Assembly: GCA_964407715.1 (NCBI GenBank)
Contig: CAYOWP010000001.1
Span: 1 to 64,000 of the forward strand
Source: an uncultured archaeon
GTDB lineage: Archaea; EX4484-52; JAADEF01
Direction: 5' to 3'
Length of the DNA: 64,000 bases
The notes under the pieces were generated by a model. That model made no database searches, had not been told where the DNA came from, and worked only from the letters and a program-made list of their open reading frames with translations. A program made the position numbers and the translations under genes. Position 1 is the first letter of the stretch, and each line of letters opens with the position of its first letter. This document shows positions 10,495 through 20,600 of this stretch, piece by piece.

Positions 10495-11559
10495 GTGGAA
10501 AAAAAAGAAAAGGTTAAATGTCCTGAATGTGGGGGCACAGACTTTTTTAAGGATGAAACTACAGGGGAGATAATTTGTAAGAAATGCGGTACCATAGTAA
10601 AGGAGGAGAAAATAGTTACATCCCCAGAATGGAGGGCATTTGATGCAACACAACAAGAGAAGAAATCAAGAACAGGATCTCCTATCTCTTTAACAAAGCA
10701 TGATAGAGGTCTAGCAACTGAAATGGGAAAGGGAATAACGGATCTCTTTAAAGTACCTGCTAAAAAGAGAGCCCAGTATTATAGATTGAGAAGATGGAAC
10801 AAGAGATTAACAAAATCAAAGGAAAGGAATCTTTCATACTCCTTATCTGAGTTAGCAAGACAGGTAAGTTATTTAGGTTTACCTAAATCAGTATATGAGA
10901 AGGTTACGAGATTATATGAGAAGGCAGTTGAAATGGGATTGGTTAGAGGAAGATCCATGGAGACAATAATCACAGCATTGATTTATGCAGTGGCAAGAGA
11001 GGAAGGTACTCCTCGTACGCTTAATGAGATGAGCGCGGCTTCTGGAATAGAGAAAAGAGAGATAGGCAGAGCTTATAGATATATAGCAAGAGCTTTGGGT
11101 ATTAGAATATTACCAGCAAAGGCAGAAGATTACATTCCAAGATTTGCATCTCTTTTAGGTTTATCAGGAAGAGTACAGGCAAGGGCAAGGGAAATATTAA
11201 GAAAGACACAAGATGAAGACCTTACATCAGGTAAGGGGCCAACAGGTATTGCATCTGCTGCACTTTATATTGCTGCAGTATTAGAGGGAGAGAGAAGAAC
11301 ACAGCGAGATATTGCGGATGTTGTGGGGGTTACAGAGGTAACCATAAGAAATAGATATAAGGATTTAATAGAAAAATTGGGAATAGAGGAAGAGATTGAG
11401 AAGATAATAGAGGCTGATGAAGAATTAAAAGAAATAAGCAAGAAAGGCAGAAAGAAAAAAAGAAATGATCTCGAGAAAAGAATACTATCTGATGAGATAT
11501 CAGATGAGGAGTTAGAGGAATTGGAAAAGAGATTTAAGGAGTTGGAGGAGAAGGCGTGA
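10495..11559 (+). CDS. tfb: Transcription initiation factor IIB
   Basis: Zn ribbon CPECG...CKKCG, PEWRAF, cyclin repeats with GRS and GKGP, VTIRNRYK. Confidence 0.97.
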   Translation: MEKKEKVKCPECGGTDFFKDETTGEIICKKCGTIVKEEKIVTSPEWRAFDATQQEKKSRTGSPISLTKHDRGLATEMGKGITDLFKVPAKKRAQYYRLRRWNKRLTKSKERNLSYSLSELARQVSYLGLPKSVYEKVTRLYEKAVEMGLVRGRSMETIITALIYAVAREEGTPRTLNEMSAASGIEKREIGRAYRYIARALGIRILPAKAEDYIPRFASLLGLSGRVQARAREILRKTQDEDLTSGKGPTGIASAALYIAAVLEGERRTQRDIADVVGVTEVTIRNRYKDLIEKLGIEEEIEKIIEADEELKEISKKGRKKKRNDLEKRILSDEISDEELEELEKRFKELEEKA

Positions 11560-11598
11560 GAATAACAAATAAATATTCTACCCATCCAAATATATTTT

Positions 11599-13899
11599 AT
11601 GGTTGTATTTGAAAAGGGAAAAAAGAGCTCAGAGGAGAGTAGGAAAGAATCCATTGTTTCTTATGATAAGGATACAAGAACTATAATAATTGATGCAAGA
11701 ACTAGCATTTATCCTCCTTCTATAGAGGATTATGAAATTTGGATGTCAACTGCTATAGATGCTTTGCTTCAATATGAGGATGCTCAAACTATTGTAATAA
11801 GGCAATCACGGGATTTTGTATATGACAGTCAACAAGTAGAGCTTCTTAGGGAGATTGCCCATATCATAAAAAGATTTGTTAAAACAGAAAAGATAATATC
11901 GATTAACAAGCTCACTCCATACAAGGATGAAGATATTAGAGATAGAGTGGCATTTGTCCAAAGAATCCTTTTGAGAGAGTTGAGAACACATCCTTTAAAG
12001 GCATATATTGATTTGGAGAGAGAAATAGTAAAATATGAGGCATATGCTAAAACAGAAAAGGATGCAAAAAAGAGGTATAGCTATGAATACTATCTTGCAA
12101 ATGCTCTACTTCCTCTAAAAAAGGCATTACAACAAACAAAGCTTGTAGAATCTGTTAAAAGCAAATTAATAGGATATAAAGGCGAGCGTGATATATACAG
12201 GGAGATTTTCTATCCTCTCATAAGGCCAAATTTTATGATAACAAGATACATGCTTTTACCTCCAAAAAACGCAGAGAAAATAAGGGAATATAAGTTGAAA
12301 GATGCGAAGGTTGAGATTTATAGATTAAGAGACAAGGCAATGTATCATTATCATCTCATTCCAGATGAGTTCAATTTAGATGAAAAAAAATATGAGATAT
12401 TGGAAACTGCAAGGACATTTCTTTCTCAATATAAGCCAAAACAAAGTGATTTTGCAATGCCTGAGAGGATGAGAGAGGTATTCTATAACATTGGAAGGGA
12501 TCTAATAATAGAGATCGCGGACAACAAAAAGATTTCACTATCCTCAAAGGATATTGATTTCCTCGCAAATATCTTGGTAAGATATACTGCTGGCTATGGC
12601 ATATTAGAGGTTTTTCTTGAGGATGAAAATGTGCAAGATTTCTTCATAAATGCACCAATAGGCATTACTCCAATTTTTATAAATCATGCAGAATATGGAG
12701 AGTGCCAAACCAATATTATTCCAAGTAGGGAAGATGCAGATGTATGGGCAACACGTTTCAGAATAGAATCTGGGAGACCATTAGATGAGAGCTCTCCTGT
12801 GCTGGATACTGAGATTCTTCTAAAATATGCTCGAGCAAGAGTAGCTGCTGTTACACGCAATCTTTCACCTGATGGATTGTCATTTGCGTTTAGAAGACAT
12901 CGAGACAGACCTTGGACATTACCTTTGTTTATAAAATACAAGATGCTTAATCCTCTTGCGGCAGGGTTAATTAGCTTTATAGTTGATGGTGCTCGTACGT
13001 TATTGATCGCAGGCACGAGAGGTACTGGAAAAACATCGCTATTAGGTAGTGTAATGGTGGAGATTCCAAGAAAGCACAGGATAGTTACTGTAGAAGATAC
13101 ATTAGAATTGCCAGTAGAGTATCTTGTGAGATTGGGATACAATATTGAGCGACTAAAAGCAAGATCAGCATTAAGCAATGTTGAGAATGAAATGCCAGCA
13201 GATGAGGCAATTAGAACATCCTTAAGGCTGGGAGATAGTTGTTTGATTGTGGGAGAGGTTAGAAGTGTGGAGGCTAAGGCATTATATGAGAGCATGAGAA
13301 TTGGAGCTTTAGCAAATGTGGTTGCTGGAACTATACATGGCGATTCTCCATATGGTGTTTTTGATAGGGTAGTGAATGATTTAGAGGTTCCAAGGACAAG
13401 TTTTAAGGCTACTGATATTATAATAATAGCAAATCGATTAAGATCAGCGGATGGATTGAGATATTTTAGGAGAGTTTCTGAGATAACAGAGGTAAGAAAG
13501 GACTGGGAAGAGGATCCAATGAGGGAGAAAGGGTTTGTTAAATTGATGGAATATAATGCAAAAAAAGACGCTTTAGAGCCAACGGATACGCTTTTAAATG
13601 GCGAGAGCTTTATCCTTAACCAGATTATGCGAAAAATAAAAGATTTTAAGGATAATTGGGAGTTGGTATGGGAGAATATATTGCTTAGAGGGAAGATGAA
13701 GCAATATCTTGTGGAGATTAGCGAGAGATATAACAAACCAGAGATTTTGGAAGCTGATTTTGTGGTTATGGCAAATGAGAAGTTCCATGTAATTACAGGA
13801 GAAGTCATAGAAGATTTTGGAGGACTTGATCATGAAAGAATATTTGCGTTATGGAAGAATTGGGTGGATAATGCTGTGAGAGAATATGGAAAACAATAG
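11599..13899 (+). CDS. Type IV pilus assembly ATPase (VirB11/TadA/ArlI-like)
   Basis: Walker A GTRGTGKT, VEDTLEL, Walker B IVGEVR, GTIHG. Confidence 0.92.
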   Translation: MVVFEKGKKSSEESRKESIVSYDKDTRTIIIDARTSIYPPSIEDYEIWMSTAIDALLQYEDAQTIVIRQSRDFVYDSQQVELLREIAHIIKRFVKTEKIISINKLTPYKDEDIRDRVAFVQRILLRELRTHPLKAYIDLEREIVKYEAYAKTEKDAKKRYSYEYYLANALLPLKKALQQTKLVESVKSKLIGYKGERDIYREIFYPLIRPNFMITRYMLLPPKNAEKIREYKLKDAKVEIYRLRDKAMYHYHLIPDEFNLDEKKYEILETARTFLSQYKPKQSDFAMPERMREVFYNIGRDLIIEIADNKKISLSSKDIDFLANILVRYTAGYGILEVFLEDENVQDFFINAPIGITPIFINHAEYGECQTNIIPSREDADVWATRFRIESGRPLDESSPVLDTEILLKYARARVAAVTRNLSPDGLSFAFRRHRDRPWTLPLFIKYKMLNPLAAGLISFIVDGARTLLIAGTRGTGKTSLLGSVMVEIPRKHRIVTVEDTLELPVEYLVRLGYNIERLKARSALSNVENEMPADEAIRTSLRLGDSCLIVGEVRSVEAKALYESMRIGALANVVAGTIHGDSPYGVFDRVVNDLEVPRTSFKATDIIIIANRLRSADGLRYFRRVSEITEVRKDWEEDPMREKGFVKLMEYNAKKDALEPTDTLLNGESFILNQIMRKIKDFKDNWELVWENILLRGKMKQYLVEISERYNKPEILEADFVVMANEKFHVITGEVIEDFGGLDHERIFALWKNWVDNAVREYGKQ

Positions 13900-15991
13900 T
13901 ATTAGAGAGGAATATGTATCATCATTGGAAGATATCACATCTAAGGAGTATAGAGAATTCAAGAAAACCATAGATGAGAGCAGAAAAAGAAGACATTGGT
14001 ATGAGAAATTAGCAGGTTATGTTAGTGCTATTGATATTGAATTATCTCCAAAGGACAGAGAAAAAATAGAGAGAGGGATAAGATTCTCAGGATTGAATAT
14101 AAAGCCCAGAGACGTGTTTTTAATACCTTCTGCTTTCTTCTTAGTTTCCTTGCTCCTTCAAATAATTTTTTACATAGCAATCAAGGTTCTTGAGAGCAAA
14201 CTTAGTGAACCTCAAAATCTCATTGGGAAAATTCTATATCCAGGAAATTGGCCCGTTATTATAAAATTTCTCCCTATTTTAATAGGAGTAATAGGAGCAT
14301 ATTTTCTTTATAAATATCCTTTTATGATATCCACACGTAACAGATTGAGATATGGAGAGGAATTGTTGATGGCTATAGTGTATATGATAGTTTATCTTAG
14401 AACCTCTGGGAACTTAGAAGGTGCTTTAAGATATGCTGCTCAGAATACAAGAGGAAAAGTCTCTCAGGATCTCAATGAGCTTTTATGGAAGATTGAGATG
14501 AGAAGATATCTAAGTGCCTATGAAGCTCTCAATGATTATGCGAACTTATGGAAGGATTATATGAAGGAGTTCTCTCAGGCAATATATCTAATCAACGAAG
14601 CTATGATGGAGCCAGAGACCTCGCGTAGAGACATGCTTTTGGAGAAGGCATTGGGCGTTGTTTTGGATTCCTATAATGAGAAGATGAAGGCATATTCTCG
14701 TGCTTTGGAGTTGCCTATTCAGGTTATACATGCATTTGGTATTATTTTGCCAGTGTTGGGTATGGTTGTATTGCCTATCTTGACAATCTTGCTGAGTGAT
14801 TCAATAAAAAACTTATCATTTTATTTAATATCTTTCTATGATATTGTTCTTCCTATTGTTCTTATGTTCTTTATTAATAACACCTTAGAGAAGAGACCTC
14901 CTACTTTTGGGAGAGTAGATGTTAGCAGGCATCCATCACTGCCAAAAAAAGGGTATTTCAGAATGTGCTATAAAGAAAAAACCATTGACATTAAAATATC
15001 TCATGTGCTTTATGGCGCATTATTTTTCTTTCTCTTACCTTCTTCCATATTTTTCTTATATAATTATTATCTTGATGGCAATTCCTCTTTATCAATTACA
15101 TTTGCCTTGCTTTGTGTGATTTCTTTTGCGATAATGATCATGCTACATGGATTCTTAACGAGTGCAAATAGGTTATCTTTAAGAAAGGAGATAGAGGAGA
15201 TAGAGAAGGAATTTGAGGAGGCTTTGTTTGCATTAGGAAATTCACTTGCAGGAGGAGTGCCTGTAGAAAAAGGACTTGTTAGAGCGGTATCAGATATAGG
15301 AAATCTCAAAATCAAAAACTTGTTTGAGGATATCCTTAGGAATATGCATCAGTTTAGTTTGACTTTCAAAGGTGCTTTGTTCCATCCGCGGTATGGTGTC
15401 ATTAAATATTATCCCTCAGAGCTCATTAAGAATATTTTGAATATCTTATCATCTGTTATTGAGAAAGGAACTGAAAATGCTGCTTTGGCAATGATTACCA
15501 TATCAAGATATTTGAGAGACATAAGAACAACACAAGAAAAAATAGAGGATCTCCTAAGCTCTACGCTTTCAAGTATGAGATTTAATGCTTATGTTCTCAT
15601 ACCTATTGTTGGAGGTGTTATTGTTGCAGTAAGCAAATTAGTTTTGATTTTACTTCTTAAGATGTCAGGTGTTTATTCTGCTTTGTCATCCCAATTATCT
15701 GCAGAGGAGGCACAGAGCTTAATGGAAACAGGTTTTGTGTTTGATATTGAGCAAGCCATACCTTCCTCAATAACCCTCCTTATTATTGGAATATACATTG
15801 TTGAGATCTTATATATTCTTGGTATATTTATCTCGCGTACCCAATATGGATATGATGAGATAATGGAAAAACACGAGATTTGGAAGTTAACCTTGATTGG
15901 TACCTCTATGTTTGTAGCATCATATTTAGTTATTAATGGTATGTTCTCTGGTGTAATAGACAGCATCATTGATAGCTTAAGTAATGTATAA
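13886..15991 (+). CDS. Pilus membrane platform protein (TadC/ArlJ-like, two T2SSF domains)
   Basis: Multi-TM protein overlapping the ATPase stop, with two T2SSF-like segments (SGNLEGAL, GGVPVEKGL). Confidence 0.8.
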   Translation: MENNSIREEYVSSLEDITSKEYREFKKTIDESRKRRHWYEKLAGYVSAIDIELSPKDREKIERGIRFSGLNIKPRDVFLIPSAFFLVSLLLQIIFYIAIKVLESKLSEPQNLIGKILYPGNWPVIIKFLPILIGVIGAYFLYKYPFMISTRNRLRYGEELLMAIVYMIVYLRTSGNLEGALRYAAQNTRGKVSQDLNELLWKIEMRRYLSAYEALNDYANLWKDYMKEFSQAIYLINEAMMEPETSRRDMLLEKALGVVLDSYNEKMKAYSRALELPIQVIHAFGIILPVLGMVVLPILTILLSDSIKNLSFYLISFYDIVLPIVLMFFINNTLEKRPPTFGRVDVSRHPSLPKKGYFRMCYKEKTIDIKISHVLYGALFFFLLPSSIFFLYNYYLDGNSSLSITFALLCVISFAIMIMLHGFLTSANRLSLRKEIEEIEKEFEEALFALGNSLAGGVPVEKGLVRAVSDIGNLKIKNLFEDILRNMHQFSLTFKGALFHPRYGVIKYYPSELIKNILNILSSVIEKGTENAALAMITISRYLRDIRTTQEKIEDLLSSTLSSMRFNAYVLIPIVGGVIVAVSKLVLILLLKMSGVYSALSSQLSAEEAQSLMETGFVFDIEQAIPSSITLLIIGIYIVEILYILGIFISRTQYGYDEIMEKHEIWKLTLIGTSMFVASYLVINGMFSGVIDSIIDSLSNV

Positions 15992-16032
15992 AGAGTAAGT
16001 AGAAAAAATAAAGAATGCTTCAAAAAAGAATT

Positions 16033-17009
16033 TGGTTAACGGGAAGCATAGCCTTTTCATTTTGCGTATGGAAGCAGATAACCCTTAAAAAAGGTTAGAA
16101 TGCTATAATATGCTTGTGATAGGATATCCCTCCCGTTAACCATGTTTTATTTTAAAATAAAACATGGTTAACGGGAAGCATGGCCATTATCTCCACCATC
16201 TTGGAGCAGGTAACCCTTAAAAAAGGTTAGCATGCTGTGATGTGCTTTGGGAAAAGGAATTTCTCGCGTTAACCAAATTAAGAATGGTTAAGGGGAAGCA
16301 TAGCCATATCCAGAGCATATCAGAGCAGCTAACCATTGATAGAGGTTAGCATGCTGTAATATGATTGTGAGAGGGATTTCCTCCCGTTAACCATTTTTTA
16401 AAATAACTGGTTAAGTGGAAGCATAACCATTCATTTTGCGTATCACAGCATCTAACCTCTTCAAGAGGTTAGAGAGTACCTAACCTTTTGTAAAGGGTTA
16501 GCATGCTGCAATGTGGTTTGATAAGGGATTTCTTCCCGTTAACCATTTCATTTGATAAATAAAAATTGGTTAACTGGAAGCATACTTTCTTAAGAAAGCA
16601 CATTGGAGCAGCTAACCTTTTCAAGAGGTTACCATGCTGCAATGTGGTTGTGAAAGGAATTTCCTCCCGTTAACCATATTTTATCTTAAAATAACTGGTT
16701 AAGGGGAAGCATAGCCATTCATTCGGCGTATCACAGCATCTAACCTTTTCAAGAGGTTAGAGAGCATCTAACCTTTTAAAATGGTTACCATGCTGCAATG
16801 TGGTTTGATAAGAGTTTTCCCCTTAACCAGTTATTTTAAAAAATGGTTAACGGGAAGCGTAGCCTCTCAAGAGAGCATATCAAAGCAGCTAACTTTTCTA
16901 AGCGGTTGAGAAGCACCTATCCTTTTGAAGTGGTTACAATGCTGTGAGGTGGTTTGAAAAAGCATTTTTCCGTTAACCAAATTTTCAAAATACATTATTG
17001 GGCAAAATC
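16033..17009. repeat. Palindromic-unit array (7 tandem units) ending in a degenerate MITE terminus
   Basis: Units 16033-16142, 16165-16275, 16285-16393, 16408-16545, 16567-16676, 16696-16829 and 16844-16979; ATTATTGGGCAAAATC at 16994-17009. Confidence 0.95.
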
Positions 17010-17018
17010 GATGAGATA

Positions 17019-17612
17019 TCATGATAGCATGTTTTCTATATCTCTTTCGGTTTTTATTTTTATTTTTTTAAGAGTTTTTTCTTCATTAAAGGCATCTATC
17101 AGGTATACTCTTACGTTATAATCAATCTCCTTGAATCTGTTTTTTATTATCTCAAAGCTTGTTAATATGTTGATCAAGGAAGGGTTTTGGGTTTCATAAT
17201 AAGCATAGGAAAAAATTGTCTTTAGGAATAGCTTGTCAGTAAAGTGCTTGTTATATTCATATGAGGAAAATATCTTATCAAATAATTGTAGATGCTCTCT
17301 AAACAAACTCCTATAGTTTTTTATTTGCGAGATGAGTATGAATTTAAATTTTTCTCTATGCTTTTCAATCCATCTGAGTAGAGAGGTATCAAGATTTATA
17401 TATAGCTCTTCATATAGATTTCTCTTTAAAAGTACTCTATAATCATATCCCACGCTTTCCTCTGATGCTAAACCTTTAAATATTAGCTTTGTTTTCTCAT
17501 ATAAATATGAGGTCTCTGATGGAGAGACAGAGAAGATTTTTTTAAACTTCTCTTCAAGTGAGGACCAAGAGATAAGAAGTTCTGATGTCATTATAATGTA
17601 TGGTTTACTCAT
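17019..17612 (-). CDS. Hypothetical protein
   Basis: 197-aa ORF preceded by a GGGAGG SD-like motif. Confidence 0.65.
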   Translation of the reverse strand: MSKPYIIMTSELLISWSSLEEKFKKIFSVSPSETSYLYEKTKLIFKGLASEESVGYDYRVLLKRNLYEELYINLDTSLLRWIEKHREKFKFILISQIKNYRSLFREHLQLFDKIFSSYEYNKHFTDKLFLKTIFSYAYYETQNPSLINILTSFEIIKNRFKEIDYNVRVYLIDAFNEEKTLKKIKIKTERDIENMLS

Positions 17613-17669
17613 CTTATCCTCCCTTTGTGAAATTAAATTTAATATATTTTATCTCAATAAATATTATTT

Positions 17670-20600
17670 ATGTTAAACAAGTATAAATATTTAAATATTG
17701 TTTTTTATCTAATAGCGCTCTTTTTGTTATTTAAGTTTTCTTATTCTACTCCTGTTGTGATATCTGATGTTGAGGATTTCTATGATCCACTTCCATATAA
17801 TGATGGAAACATAACTATAACCGCGGTTATTAACAGAATAGATGCTGGGGAAAAGGAGGTATGGGTCTCCATACTTTCTCCGGTAGAAGAGAACCTTTCT
17901 TGGATAAAAAAGGAATTTATTGATAGCCAAACAAATAAATACTACTTTACATATAATCCTTCGCAGATAGGAACATATTTATATAAGGTATATGCTATTA
18001 ACACAAATAATGAGACATCAGAATCCCAAACACATACATTTGAAAGTGCTAAGTTCCCATATTTTGAGAGCATAGCCTACAACTCTTCTGTTAAATGGGA
18101 CAATGGAAGTGTTGAGTTCTATATTACAATGAGAAGATGGGTGGATTATAGAAATAATTCCATGATAGAATACAATGTTTCTTCAGTCATTGTTATGATT
18201 AAGGAACCTGAGATAGCAAATGTTTCTTTAACAAAGATTTCTGAGGAAGGGAATTTATCGCTATGGTATGGAAGTTTTGATCCTTCAATAATATCGCTCT
18301 ATAAATATGGAGTTTTTGATCCCATTTATAAATTTCAAGTTTTTTCAAATGATACCTATGGAAATGTATCAGTTAGTGAGGAGATGAGTTTTGTTTCAGA
18401 GGGATATTATCCAAAGATACTTGGTTCTTATATCTCTCATAAAGGAATATTGAGCGTAGGTGAAAACATAACAATATATGCAATAATAAACGATACCACA
18501 AATGCAACAAATTATTCCCCAAACATAAACAGCACAAAAATATATCTACTTAAACCAGATTTAAGTTTGATGATTTATAACATGACAAAGATAAATGATT
18601 CATATTATTATCTTAATTTTACTATAGATATTGAGGGAGATTATTTCTATAAAATCTTTGTTAGTGATGAGGAAGGAAATGAGGTGGAATCAGGATATTT
18701 TGGTTTTTCCTCTTCTCCACATATATATGATATTGTAAATATTAGTGTAAAGGTTGCCCCAAGTTGTCAGGCAAGTATTTTTCTATTGCCTGATGAGGAT
18801 AAGTTATTGGTTAATACTACTGTGATTTGGCTGAGCATATTTGAAAATCTTGGTAATGTGCCTCTTAACGAAACAACCAACATCTCAGTTGAAAAGGATG
18901 TCATATATCCAGGAGAGGAAAAGTTTGTTATTCTACCTCCAAATATTGTAGCGTATGCTCGTGATAAAGAGGAAGAGGTTGATCCTTTAGATGACACCTT
19001 TTTCTTCTTGATATGGTACACATACGGCTTACCTCTTGGGAACTATACAGCAAGAACATATTCCACATACTATGCAAATGTATCTTATGAAGGAGGATAT
19101 TTTACATGTAATGGTACTGTCAATGATACCGTGCATTTTGAATTGGTAGAAGCTATAGGTGAAACAACACCTTCTCCTATTCTTGTTATTCGTGAGATGC
19201 CGGAGCAAATATATCAGGATCCAGATTGTATAAACGATTCACAATCCTGTATAACAACAAAGGTTAGGTTGGTCTTATTTAATAGAGGAGACAAAGTTGC
19301 AGAGAACATAACATTAAAAGAGAGAATTTATTTGTATGATTGCGCATATTCCAATTCATCTCTTTGCGAGAAAATCTCACTTAAATGTGTAAATTCATCC
19401 CAGTATTCTTGTGCTGTTACCACAAATAAATCAACAGGTGAGATTGGATCATTGCAGTTTAATATGTCTGAGTCTCTTTCTCCAAGAGATTATGTAATTT
19501 TGGAGTATGAGCTTACACCACCTCCATATTTAGTGGTGTATAATGATTCGGTATATAAGTTTGAGGCAAAAGGTTCTCATAAATGTGAGGGAGATAAAAA
19601 GAAGTATGAGATTTCCGAGAATGACTTACATTATAACAAGGAGGAATACAAATTAATGCATCTTTCGCCTTTGCCTTCATTTATGTTTGATTTGACTGTT
19701 CTCTCATCTAATACAACTGAGAAAAGAAGGACATTCTCAGCAGAAAAAGACGAGGAATTTTTGATTTCAGCAGATTATATTTCCTCAATTTCCACATCAA
19801 ATTGGACCATAAACATATCATTCCCAGAGGTGTTTATAATAAAATCATGTTCATTTGTAGATGGTGTTCAATGTGAATGTCGCGTGGATAATGCGAGCAA
19901 TATTGTATATTGTGATGGCTCTTCTCTGATTTCAGAGAATGACAAGGTAGAGTTCAAAGTGACGGCTCGAACAAATATATATTCTGAATATATTCTTCCA
20001 GCATATTTCAACGATTCTATTTATATGGCAGATGAAGATTTCTTACCAGGTTTATTTATGATAAGCATACCGAAAACTGAGGTTGAAGTTCCTACTCCTC
20101 AGCCAGTTCCACAGCCAACTCCTCAGCCACAACCTGAGCCACAACCTGAAACTGGACCTGAGATTAGTGAATATCATCTTCCAAAGGTTGAGATAGTTTT
20201 GAGACCACTAAATGATACATATGTGGTATATCAAGGAGATACTTTTCCAACATATTTTGAGGTAGAGAATATAGGTAACTCAACAGCCAATAATATCACA
20301 ATCGAAGCGATACTTCCATCAGCATTATGGAATCAAAGCAAAGCATATATAGATGTTCTTAATCCTGGAGAAAAGGTTAATAGAACTTTGATGTTCTCTG
20401 TTGATGAGAATGTTGCTCCTGGTATATATGTGATACCAGTTAAGGCAATGATTGGAGATTCCATAGGGGATATAGCGTATATCACCATAAAAGTTTTATT
20501 TGCTAAGAAATTGGCTAAGATGAAGATTATTGAGATGGCACAGGAGATTGAGATCAGAGAGGATAGCAATCTTACTGTGCCTATTTTGATAAAAAACATA

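Noticed and set aside
12684-13808. 374-aa minus-strand ORF
   Set aside because: It is an antisense shadow of the conserved pilus ATPase. The same applies to the many short Ser/Phe/Ile-rich antisense ORFs in the track.
16033-16979. CRISPR array interpretation of the repeat arrays
   Set aside because: There are no identical 23-47 bp direct repeats, the variable parts are homologous to each other rather than unique spacers, the units are dispersed in both orientations, and no cas genes are present.
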